This document shows, in pieces, positions 55,972-64,000 of a stretch of 64,000 nucleotides of DNA. The notes under the pieces are model-generated. The model saw only the letters and a list, made by a program, of their open reading frames with translations, did not search any database and was not told the origin of the DNA. Both the position numbers and the translations under genes were made by a program. Position 1 is the first letter of the stretch; every line of letters begins with the position of its first letter. Location: the NCBI GenBank assembly GCA_965248265.1, contig CBDFJF010000002.1, forward strand, positions 2,080,001 to 2,144,000, read 5' to 3'. The stretch is from Candidatus Latescibacterota bacterium (GTDB lineage: Bacteria; Latescibacterota; UBA2968; UBA8231).

Positions 55972-58662
55972 CTACTCCAGTCCAGCGTACACCGTGATAA
56001 ACGATTGCACCGTGGTCGAGGCCTCTCGGCCACGCGGGTCAGTTCGCTCCCACACAGCGCCTACGAGCGCTCTGATGGAGTACCCTTGATAAGCCGACTC
56101 CGTGAGAAACTGGAATCCCAGGTTCAAAGAAGTGAGATCGTGATCTGGGCCGTCGAGATCCTCGGACCACAGGTACTCGATGCCGGACTGCAGCGTCGTG
56201 GCGCCGAGCAACCGCATGCGGACCAGGCCGGATACCAACTCGGTGAGGGTCGTTCGCTCCTGCGCGGCAAACAGGTCACGGCTCTGGTCGATGAATTCAC
56301 TCTTCCAGCGCGGCTCCAATTCCAGCCGTCCCAGGGAGAAGAGGTAGCTCGCCTTGTTGAGAATGCCGAAGTAGTAATCCTGTTCCGCAAGTCCGAGCTC
56401 CCGTCGCTGGTCGCGGTCGAGCCGCTGGTGGAAATAGACCCAGTTGACCTTGCTCATTAAGAAGAAGGAGCGTCCGCGCCAGGTGTGGCCGCCGAAGAGA
56501 TGGTTGATCCACGCATCCCGCGCCAGCAAAGGATCGTCCACCTCGGTAAGGGCGCCTCTGTCCAGGAGGCTTTCGGGGGCCCATTGCAGCAGTGGATCGG
56601 GGATGTCGTCCTTCACCAGCTGGGCCATCTCGAACAACCGCACACGGCCCCAGCGGGGCCAGGATCGCTCCAAGGTCAGCATGGCATAGGTGCTGTGATT
56701 GCGCCGGTTTGAAGCAATCAGCTCTTCGCGCAGGGCGCCAATCTTGAGATCCGCTCCGGGTATAAGGGCTATCCTGGAGAAGACGTTGAAGCCACGGTGG
56801 TCCTTGCGGTACGGATAGTCGGGCTCGTTGTCGTTTTCGTAGAGATCGACCCAGAAGTTGTGGTTCATGTCCACCCCGAAGAGGAACTCGGGGCGATCTG
56901 CGCCAAAGCGCAAGAAAGGCTCCTCGTAGTCCGGGATGGTGTTGGGAAGGATGCGGTTGTTGTTGCGGTTGACGTCCGGGAGGAAGTCGTAGTCGCGATC
57001 CCACCCTGGAAACACATTCTGGTCGACGAATTTTCCGGCCTGGGTGTCGGAGCGGGTCAGGTCGGGGAACCGATCCTGATCGTCGTTGTCTTCGACGAAA
57101 TCGAACCGCCGGCGCTCATCGGCATAATCGACGTTGCCGGTGACGTGGGTCATGAACGTAGTGGTACTATAGAGGGGATCGATGCTGTAGAACTCGCTGA
57201 ACAGGAACAAGGACGACATCTGCTTCGAGACATTCAGCATCCAGGCAGGAGACCGGCGCTGGCCACTGATACCCGAGGAAGTTTTGTGGTCGTCCAGCTG
57301 CGGATTCGGGTACTTGCGGTAATTCCAGTTCAGGTCGTACTCGCCGTAGAGGTCAAATCCGCCGACATCGCTCAGTCTGACGGTGCCGCCGATTATGTGC
57401 GTGGCCGTCGGCAACCCGTACTCGAAACTGACCAGCTGCACATTCGAGAAGTCCTGGACGTTGCCTTCGGCCCGCTCCACGAGAAGTGGTACGAGGTCCT
57501 GCCGGTCCGAAGTCATCCAGATCTGGTAGTCATTGGCCAGCACCAGGCGAAATTCGACATCGACGATCTCACTGCGATCGGCATGGGCCCGGGAGATGAA
57601 CTCGGGCCTGCTGAAGTCGTAGATCAGCACGATTTCTTCATCGCCGTCGGCGGTGAAGAACCCGGGTCCCGGCACGCCGCCGGCGACGATAGGCTCGAAG
57701 CGGAGATTCTTCCCGCGGTCCTCGGCGCCATCCCGGTAGGTGATTATGACGTCCGAGCCAGCAGGGAAGAAGGCCGGCCCTCCGGTTCCATCCTCAGGCG
57801 AGTCGTCCCGGAGCGAAATCTGGATCAGGGACACGACCCCGTTTTGATCTTCGACGAGTGAACCGGTGATCGTGCTGTTCGCCAGTCTGCTGTTGAGGCT
57901 GTGGCTCTGGTGGGCATTGACGATGTGGACGCCCGTCTCCACGAAATCGCCCAACTGCGCCGTGAAGCGGCCCCCAGAAATGACGGTTATGTCCGTTTTG
58001 GGACGCTCGTCATCTCTGCCCGGCACGCCGCCCTGTGAGTAGATGATGGAACCTTTGTACTTGTCGCTCATCACGTCGAGCTGCACCCCGGCAAAGCGCG
58101 GCTTGGACCACACCAGGGGCGTGAAGGTGGTGCGTAGATCCGAACCGACCGTCATCGCGTATCGGTATTGACCTTTGGATTCACTTGCGATCGCCACACC
58201 GCTGAACCACGTAGACATCCTGGTGCCCGTGAACACGACGTGGCCGGCTTCCGCGGGTGTTTCCTGGCTGGTGTTGTAGATCAGCCATCCCCGGGGCATG
58301 AGGTTGCCGTAGAGGTCGTAGAAGTAGCTGCCATCCAGTGCTTCCACGCGCCCCGACTCCTCGTCAAAACCGACGTAACGCTGGTAGGGTTGACGAGCAT
58401 GGGAGGTCGTCTCCCATTGGCGCCAGCGATATTCCTCGAAAACTTCTTCAGGCAAGTACCACTTGCGCACCATCGGGTCGATCGCGCCCGTCGTCTGTAC
58501 AACGCCCTGGGGATGGAGCATCCGGTCGCCCCCCTGCGTCAGGCCGAGGCGGGCGCCGTAGTCGGGTTGGCCTGACACCATCCCCGCCCAACCGGCCATG
58601 GTGATGGCGAGAAACAGGATGCTGCTGTGGTTCCGCGACTGGCTTCTAAACCTCATGGACAT
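55972..58662 (-). CDS. Large secreted protein C1-2, putative outer-membrane beta-barrel ('YAGLE' family)
   Basis: Paralog of C1-1 (QPDYGARLG, ASESKGQYRYA), ending FITVYAGLE. Start is 58662 or 58656. Confidence 0.7.
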   Translation of the reverse strand: MSMRFRSQSRNHSSILFLAITMAGWAGMVSGQPDYGARLGLTQGGDRMLHPQGVVQTTGAIDPMVRKWYLPEEVFEEYRWRQWETTSHARQPYQRYVGFDEESGRVEALDGSYFYDLYGNLMPRGWLIYNTSQETPAEAGHVVFTGTRMSTWFSGVAIASESKGQYRYAMTVGSDLRTTFTPLVWSKPRFAGVQLDVMSDKYKGSIIYSQGGVPGRDDERPKTDITVISGGRFTAQLGDFVETGVHIVNAHQSHSLNSRLANSTITGSLVEDQNGVVSLIQISLRDDSPEDGTGGPAFFPAGSDVIITYRDGAEDRGKNLRFEPIVAGGVPGPGFFTADGDEEIVLIYDFSRPEFISRAHADRSEIVDVEFRLVLANDYQIWMTSDRQDLVPLLVERAEGNVQDFSNVQLVSFEYGLPTATHIIGGTVRLSDVGGFDLYGEYDLNWNYRKYPNPQLDDHKTSSGISGQRRSPAWMLNVSKQMSSLFLFSEFYSIDPLYSTTTFMTHVTGNVDYADERRRFDFVEDNDDQDRFPDLTRSDTQAGKFVDQNVFPGWDRDYDFLPDVNRNNNRILPNTIPDYEEPFLRFGADRPEFLFGVDMNHNFWVDLYENDNEPDYPYRKDHRGFNVFSRIALIPGADLKIGALREELIASNRRNHSTYAMLTLERSWPRWGRVRLFEMAQLVKDDIPDPLLQWAPESLLDRGALTEVDDPLLARDAWINHLFGGHTWRGRSFFLMSKVNWVYFHQRLDRDQRRELGLAEQDYYFGILNKASYLFSLGRLELEPRWKSEFIDQSRDLFAAQERTTLTELVSGLVRMRLLGATTLQSGIEYLWSEDLDGPDHDLTSLNLGFQFLTESAYQGYSIRALVGAVWERTDPRGREASTTVQSFITVYAGLE

Positions 58663-58675
58663 GGACTCACCAAGT

Positions 58676-60856
58676 TCAGTATACAATGCTGACGGGCCGC
58701 ATCGTGGTGCTGGAGCGGGCGTCGCCGTCCACCTCGATGCGAATCAGATAGACCCCGGGCGGCACGAGGTTGTCGTGAGCATCCCGGCCATCCCAGGCCA
58801 GGCCAGGGAAACGGGTGGCGTCGTAGGTCCCATTGGCGCCATCGTGCGCCAACAACTGTGCGTGATGGTTTCCACTCAGATCGAAAACGTCGACGTTGAT
58901 GTCTGCGGCGCCGACGACCGTCAACACGTCAAAACGCAGCGCCATCGTTTCATTGACGTCGTCGCCGTTCGGGGTGAACGCCGCACCCAGCTCGAAGGTG
59001 CCGATCAAGTCGGTCTGGGTCACGGAAGGACTCAGGACGGTAGTGCCGGTGGGGAATGCTCTATCGTCAGCATCCAAGTCTGCCGCATTGCCCCCGACGA
59101 CGCCCTGAAAAGCCTCCTCCTCAGTGTCGGCTGCACCCCTCAAGAGCGCGCGGCCATCGTAGGTATTGCTGTAGGTGAGAACACGGTCGAGGAAGTGGAT
59201 CTTGAGCAGGTCGTCATGTTCGAGGACGCGTGGAAACTGCAGGGTAAACCCCTCCCGGGAAAGGGCGGTGATGGCGACACTATCCTCAACGGTGGCGCCG
59301 CTCTGAATCTCCTCCACGGTGATACCGTCCTGAACCAGGAAGGTATGGTCGACGATATGCTGACCACCGGCGCTGATTATTTCGATGCGCTCGATCTTGA
59401 GCACCCGATTGGGGGTGCGAATCTCGAAATGGTCAAAACCACGCACATCGTCGGCGCGCATGTCCGCCCTCACGGCGTAGATGAAGGGGATGTCCTCGGC
59501 GGGGCGCACTTGGCGTGGGAAGACTTCAGCGATCAATTCGGCGGCGAGCGCCGGCGACACGTCTACCGAGAGGTTGCGCAACACACGCGCGGATTGGGGA
59601 TCCGAGGTTTGGAAATCCACACTGAACTGGAAGTACTGGCGGGGGCCCGGAGAGAGCACGGGGGTGCCCGCCTCGCTGGCACCCGCTATCGGGTCATAGG
59701 GCGCCGTCCATGGACTCCAGTTCTGGGTGTCATCCTTGAACGATCCGCGCTCCCAAATGTCGTTGTCGCCACCCTCCTCGGGCAGGGACAGGTATTCCCT
59801 TCTCAACATCGGTTCGCCGGGATTGTCCGTGGAGGTTTCTATCTCCCTGGCATTGGGATCACCGACTCGCTTGCGGGTAAAGGTGAAGGGTGAATCATCG
59901 GTACCCGACCGCGTGCGGATCTGCATATCCGAGACCGAGGGGTCGCCGACGAGCTCCTGCACCCAGCGCAGCTGGCCCCAATTGAAGAGCTTGTTCAGGT
60001 CGATGACCGGCGAGATGTAGTGAGCCTCCGCGAAGAAACCGGCACCGAAGACCTGGAACTTGTGGATCTCGAATGGGATGGTAGAGGTATTGTCCAGGCG
60101 GATGTGTCTGACGAAACGCGGAGGGTCGACGTCGATGACGACGATGGCATCCCTGTTGTTTACGCGCTCGTGGAGGGCCAGTCCCCAATCCGGGCCGCCC
60201 CTCGAATTGAGCGTCACGCCGTCATTCACGAACAACTTGAAGTCGCGCAGGAAGTCATTTTCGAACGGTTCACTGGGCAACGGGTACAGCGTGTTGCGCG
60301 GAAAGAAGACTATGCGGTTGATGGCGGCGCGCGTGCCCAGATCCGTATCGAGATGTATCCCTGTCTTTCCAGCGACCGTGAAGGCCGTGCTGGTCTCCTC
60401 ATCGTCCGAAATCAGGCCCGGGTATACCGACTCTTTCACTCCTGCCGCAAACGCATTCGGCGAATCGATACCGCCGCCCCGGCTCGCGCTCGTCGTGGCC
60501 ACGTTCTCCCCTTCGACAGCCCGGTGAGGATGCAGAGCATCGGGATATTCCTCCGTATCGATATCTATGAGGTTTCCTCCCGGAGCGGCATATAGTTGAC
60601 GGCGGGGCGGGATCGCGATCCCCGAGGAGGTCAGATCCGAGCGGTATTCCGCCGCTACCGTGCCGATCTCGTCAATGCTCTCCACGTTGCCGACGACCTG
60701 GCCCGTCCAAGTAATGTGTCCCCCCTGGCCAAACCGGAGACGCTCGGCCGACCAGGCGCTGGTGTAGGCGAGGAAGAAGAGCACGATCACCAAACCGAGC
60801 GTGACGGCAGACCTGGCCGCCCAGCGCATCGCATAGCGAGCAACCTGTGTTGTCAA
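58676..60856 (-). CDS. Secreted multidomain protein D2 (FlgD-Ig/TPNGDD C-terminal domain)
   Basis: Paralog of D1 (LRFGQ.G..TW, FFPRNT, IPFEI.K), ending VSIVY. Confidence 0.8.
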   Translation of the reverse strand: MTTQVARYAMRWAARSAVTLGLVIVLFFLAYTSAWSAERLRFGQGGHITWTGQVVGNVESIDEIGTVAAEYRSDLTSSGIAIPPRRQLYAAPGGNLIDIDTEEYPDALHPHRAVEGENVATTSASRGGGIDSPNAFAAGVKESVYPGLISDDEETSTAFTVAGKTGIHLDTDLGTRAAINRIVFFPRNTLYPLPSEPFENDFLRDFKLFVNDGVTLNSRGGPDWGLALHERVNNRDAIVVIDVDPPRFVRHIRLDNTSTIPFEIHKFQVFGAGFFAEAHYISPVIDLNKLFNWGQLRWVQELVGDPSVSDMQIRTRSGTDDSPFTFTRKRVGDPNAREIETSTDNPGEPMLRREYLSLPEEGGDNDIWERGSFKDDTQNWSPWTAPYDPIAGASEAGTPVLSPGPRQYFQFSVDFQTSDPQSARVLRNLSVDVSPALAAELIAEVFPRQVRPAEDIPFIYAVRADMRADDVRGFDHFEIRTPNRVLKIERIEIISAGGQHIVDHTFLVQDGITVEEIQSGATVEDSVAITALSREGFTLQFPRVLEHDDLLKIHFLDRVLTYSNTYDGRALLRGAADTEEEAFQGVVGGNAADLDADDRAFPTGTTVLSPSVTQTDLIGTFELGAAFTPNGDDVNETMALRFDVLTVVGAADINVDVFDLSGNHHAQLLAHDGANGTYDATRFPGLAWDGRDAHDNLVPPGVYLIRIEVDGDARSSTTMRPVSIVY

Positions 60857-62931
60857 GGTGCCATCTCCATGGTTTTTCTCAACATCAGATTGCTCTCCTC
60901 CTCCATGCGCTGTTCCATATCTGCCCTGCGCCTCTCCAGGCGGTAGCGTTCGTACAGCTTCATGATCTCCTCAGCCTCCGCATGCCGGCCCTGCTCGCGA
61001 TAGATCGCGCTCAGGTAGAAGTACGTCTGGTGTACCTCGGTTTGCAGTCGACGCAGGCGCTCGAGATACACCAGGGCTTCCTCGAACTGGCGCCGCTCGT
61101 AAAGCAGCCTGCCCAGGTGAGCCAGGGCCAACTCGGAGTCCGGATTGACCCCGGAGAGGATGTTCCGCAGCAGGGACTCGGCTTCCGTTGGTCGTCCCGC
61201 CTCGACGTGCAGTCGAGCGAGTCGCAGACCGGCTTGCTCGCTCCACTCCGGATCAGCGAGGAGCCGGAGGTAGGCCTCGGCAGCGTCAGCGCGCCGCTCC
61301 TCCTGGATGTACAGAAGGGCCGCGAGATAGCGCACTTCGCCATTTTCAGGTTGCCGGGTCAACAACTTCTCGTAGGCACGGATGGCGCCTGGTCGATCTT
61401 TGGTCAGTAGACGGGCTTGCGCCAGCCGCGGCAGGGCGAAATCCGCATCGATGGCAGTCAGCTCTTCGTACGTCTCCACCGCTTCCACAAAGCGCTCTGA
61501 AGCCATGTAAGCCGCGGCGAGGTCTTTGACGGCCCCGGTGTGATTGGGCCAGCGTCGCAGCAGCTTCTCATAGACGGCAACTGCCCGGTCGGAGTCGTTT
61601 CCCTTGCTATAGACGGTGGCCAGGGACAGGTAGGAATCGATGCGGTCACTCCCATGGCGTACCGCTGATTCGTACTCACTCTGAGTGTTGATCGTCATAC
61701 CTCGCCGCGCGTAAGCCTCACCTCGCCAGTGATGCTGCTCGGCGACGACGGACGGGGCTCCCTGGTAAAAGTTGAGCCCGATGAACAACACCAGGAAAGC
61801 GCTCAGACTCAACCGGCGCTCCTTCCGGTTCGCACCGAGCCAGGTGGATACTCCGGCCGCGGCGATCAGGAGAAGGATCGGCACGATCACAGCGCGACCG
61901 GCTGCGTCCGCTTCGAAGAACATCGCTGTCACCCCCGTGGTGCCAACGAACAGGAGCAGGAAAGTCTCCGCCGGCGAACGAGCAGGATCGCGCAGGCGCG
62001 GATCGCGGAGGCGCGGATCGCGGAGGCGCGGATCGCGGAGGCGCGGATCGCGGAGGCGCGGATCGCGGAGGCGAGAGCCGACGCCGACCAGGGCCAGAGG
62101 TCCGACGATGCCGAAAGGAAAGGCCAATCCCCACACCCACATCAGCGCCGCGAGCAGCGACGAATAACGGCTGGCGTAGTACGGATCTTCTACCAGGACC
62201 TCGTGACCGCGCCAGAAATCGTACAGCCCTGCAGCGCTCACGGATACATCCTGCAGCGGCCACCGCCAGCCATGAGACCACATACCCAGCAGGGCGACGG
62301 CCACAAACCCGAGCAGCATACTGGTAGCTCCGTCCCTCAGCCGCGCGTAGCGCCACATCCACCACGCCGCAATCGGCGCAAACAACAGAAGATGAGCGCC
62401 ACTGAGGGTGGCACAACCGAATAGCACGCCGGCTACCCAGAATCTCCATCCCCGCGGTTGCTGCGTCAGGGCCGATACTGCAACCCGCAGTGCCAGCAGG
62501 CTGAAAAAGATGGCCAGCACCGTCGGCTGCAAGGCGCCATCGAAGTAGATGAAGGGTCCATAAAGGGCACATGCAAGGCCCGTGATCAGTGCGACACGAT
62601 GACTGACCAGACTCCGCGCCAGACTCCACAACAACAGGCAGTTGAGCGCCCCGATAACGGTCTGAAGGTCTCTGACTTGAGCCAAGTCCTCGCCGAAGAG
62701 GCGGAAAACGGAGTGGAGAAACAGCGCGTACAGAGAGGCCGGGGTCTCCTCCGTATGCACAGCCCAGGGCAGCTTTTGCTGGGCCAGGTCCACATACGAC
62801 TCAGCGGATCCCACTACAACGTCGAATAGAGGGTCCTGCCCCATCTGATCGAGGTAGATCTGCCTCGACAGGAGAGCCACCGCGCCGATGACGGCGACTT
62901 GAGCGGCGTTCTTTTTCAGTTCCGGAGCCAA
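60853..62931 (-). CDS. GT-C-like membrane protein with TPR array (cassette copy 2)
   Basis: Paralog of 40102..42120 (LYGPFIYF, DPYY, GLAFPFG). Contains an (RLRDP)6 expansion. Confidence 0.8.
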   Translation of the reverse strand: MAPELKKNAAQVAVIGAVALLSRQIYLDQMGQDPLFDVVVGSAESYVDLAQQKLPWAVHTEETPASLYALFLHSVFRLFGEDLAQVRDLQTVIGALNCLLLWSLARSLVSHRVALITGLACALYGPFIYFDGALQPTVLAIFFSLLALRVAVSALTQQPRGWRFWVAGVLFGCATLSGAHLLLFAPIAAWWMWRYARLRDGATSMLLGFVAVALLGMWSHGWRWPLQDVSVSAAGLYDFWRGHEVLVEDPYYASRYSSLLAALMWVWGLAFPFGIVGPLALVGVGSRLRDPRLRDPRLRDPRLRDPRLRDPRLRDPARSPAETFLLLFVGTTGVTAMFFEADAAGRAVIVPILLLIAAAGVSTWLGANRKERRLSLSAFLVLFIGLNFYQGAPSVVAEQHHWRGEAYARRGMTINTQSEYESAVRHGSDRIDSYLSLATVYSKGNDSDRAVAVYEKLLRRWPNHTGAVKDLAAAYMASERFVEAVETYEELTAIDADFALPRLAQARLLTKDRPGAIRAYEKLLTRQPENGEVRYLAALLYIQEERRADAAEAYLRLLADPEWSEQAGLRLARLHVEAGRPTEAESLLRNILSGVNPDSELALAHLGRLLYERRQFEEALVYLERLRRLQTEVHQTYFYLSAIYREQGRHAEAEEIMKLYERYRLERRRADMEQRMEEESNLMLRKTMEMAP
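61985..62074. repeat. 15-bp in-frame tandem repeat, 6 copies
   Basis: GGATCGCGGAGGCGC units encoding RLRDP x6 on the minus strand. Confidence 0.95.
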
Positions 62932-62934
62932 CGT

Positions 62935-64000
62935 TTATTCCAGACCGGCAAAGACGGTGATGAAGAACCGGTTCGTGGTCCTGGACTTCTGTCTTTTGAA
63001 ATCGCGTCTCTCCATCACGGACCCAACCAGTGTCGTCAGTTTGTATCCCAGATAATCCGACGAATTGGCAAACTGAAACCCCCAGGACAGCGAGTCGAAA
63101 TCCAGGGCATCGTCGTCGAAGTCATTGAAGTAGGCGTACTCGATACCCATCTGCAGGAGGGTAGCCCTCAGAATCGTGGTTTCCAGCAGTCCAGAGAAAA
63201 TCTCCGTCAGAGCCGTGCGTTTGGCGGTGCCGGCGGCGGGCTTCAGCAGACCGCGAGACTGCTTGATGAACTCACTTTTCCAACGGGGCACGACTGTGAA
63301 GGCGCCGAGACGCCAGCGGTAGCTGGCTTTGTCGATCACACCGAAGAAGAAGTCCGAAGAGTCGAGTCCCAGCTGCTCACGACGCTGTCTGTTCAGCTGG
63401 CGGTAGTGGATGTAGCTGACCTTGTTCATCACAAACCAGGGGCCGGTCTGCAGCGTATGGCCCCCGAAAAACTGATTCACCCAGGTATCCTGTCCCAACA
63501 GGGGATCCTCCACCCTGACCAGCTCGCCACCGCGGAGCGTGTTGTCCGGTGCCCACTGCAACAGCGGGTTGGGGATGTTGTCTTCGACTTTCTGGGTCAT
63601 GTTGAAGAGGCGCAGGCGACCGATACGGGGGGTGTCGAGGTCGAGGGTCATGACGGCGTAATTGCTGTGGTTGCGCTTGTTGGCGGAGATCAGCTCCTCA
63701 CGCAGAGCGCCCACGGTCAATTTGATTTCAGGGGTTATGTTGGCTCCGCCGTAAATGTTGTAGCCCTCGTGGTCCTTGCGATACGGGTAATCGGGCTCCT
63801 CGTCGTTCTCGTACTGATCGATCCAGAAGTTGTGATTGAGGTCGACACCGAAGAGAAACTCGGGCCGGTCCACGCCGAAGCGGAGGAAGGGTTCCTCGAA
63901 GTCGGGCTCGGAGTTTGAGCGCGTGATGGTGTCATTCTGGTTGAAGTCCGGGATGAAGTCGTTGTTCTGATCCCAGCCCGGGAAGACTTGAGCATCACCC
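62935..64000 (-). CDS. C-terminal part of protein C2-2 ('YAGLE' family), 5' end off window
   Basis: FPGWDQNNDFIPDFNQND...RPEFLFGVDLNHNFWIDQYENDEEPDYPY...FITVFAGLE. Closest to C2-1 (LLQWAPDN.LRGGELVR). Confidence 0.8.
   Translation of the reverse strand, partial: GDAQVFPGWDQNNDFIPDFNQNDTITRSNSEPDFEEPFLRFGVDRPEFLFGVDLNHNFWIDQYENDEEPDYPYRKDHEGYNIYGGANITPEIKLTVGALREELISANKRNHSNYAVMTLDLDTPRIGRLRLFNMTQKVEDNIPNPLLQWAPDNTLRGGELVRVEDPLLGQDTWVNQFFGGHTLQTGPWFVMNKVSYIHYRQLNRQRREQLGLDSSDFFFGVIDKASYRWRLGAFTVVPRWKSEFIKQSRGLLKPAAGTAKRTALTEIFSGLLETTILRATLLQMGIEYAYFNDFDDDALDFDSLSWGFQFANSSDYLGYKLTTLVGSVMERRDFKRQKSRTTNRFFITVFAGLE

Noticed and set aside
50471-62074. Short repeats (21-bp x2, 15-bp x6) as a possible CRISPR array
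   Set aside because: The units are directly adjacent with no unique spacers, and no cas genes are present.
28808-64000. Cassette duplication as an assembly artefact or mobile element
   Set aside because: The copies differ extensively in protein sequence with many indels. No integrase, transposase or terminal repeats are seen.

Overview
GC-rich bacterial window. The protein motifs (FlgD-Ig/'TPNGDG' C-terminal domains, 'SWGRIK' tails) suggest an FCB-group lineage such as Latescibacterota, which is an inference. Positions 1-9.5 kb hold a small metabolic cluster: MetE-like core enzyme, CBM9-like protein, M19 dipeptidase, metallophosphoesterase, amidohydrolase, cupin, tautomerase, TIM-barrel isomerase and two hypotheticals. 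Positions 9.6-28.7 kb form an envelope-modification region with a PpiC lipoprotein, three SGNH proteins, DUF3179, two fused MFS/spermidine-synthase-like proteins, GT-C/TPR glycosyltransferases and several gene remnants. From 28.8 kb to the end there are two diverged, same-order copies of a large minus-strand cassette: [PpiC] - barrel-like 'YAGLE' protein C2 - GT-C/TPR - FlgD protein D - 'YAGLE' protein C1 - FlgD protein B - FlgD protein A - (own promoter) secreted CBM9-like 'SWGRIK' protein - terminator. This cassette is the best candidate for an undescribed secretion or surface-display system. I saw no rRNA, tRNA, CRISPR array or transposase. All family calls come from motif recognition by eye; no database search was run.
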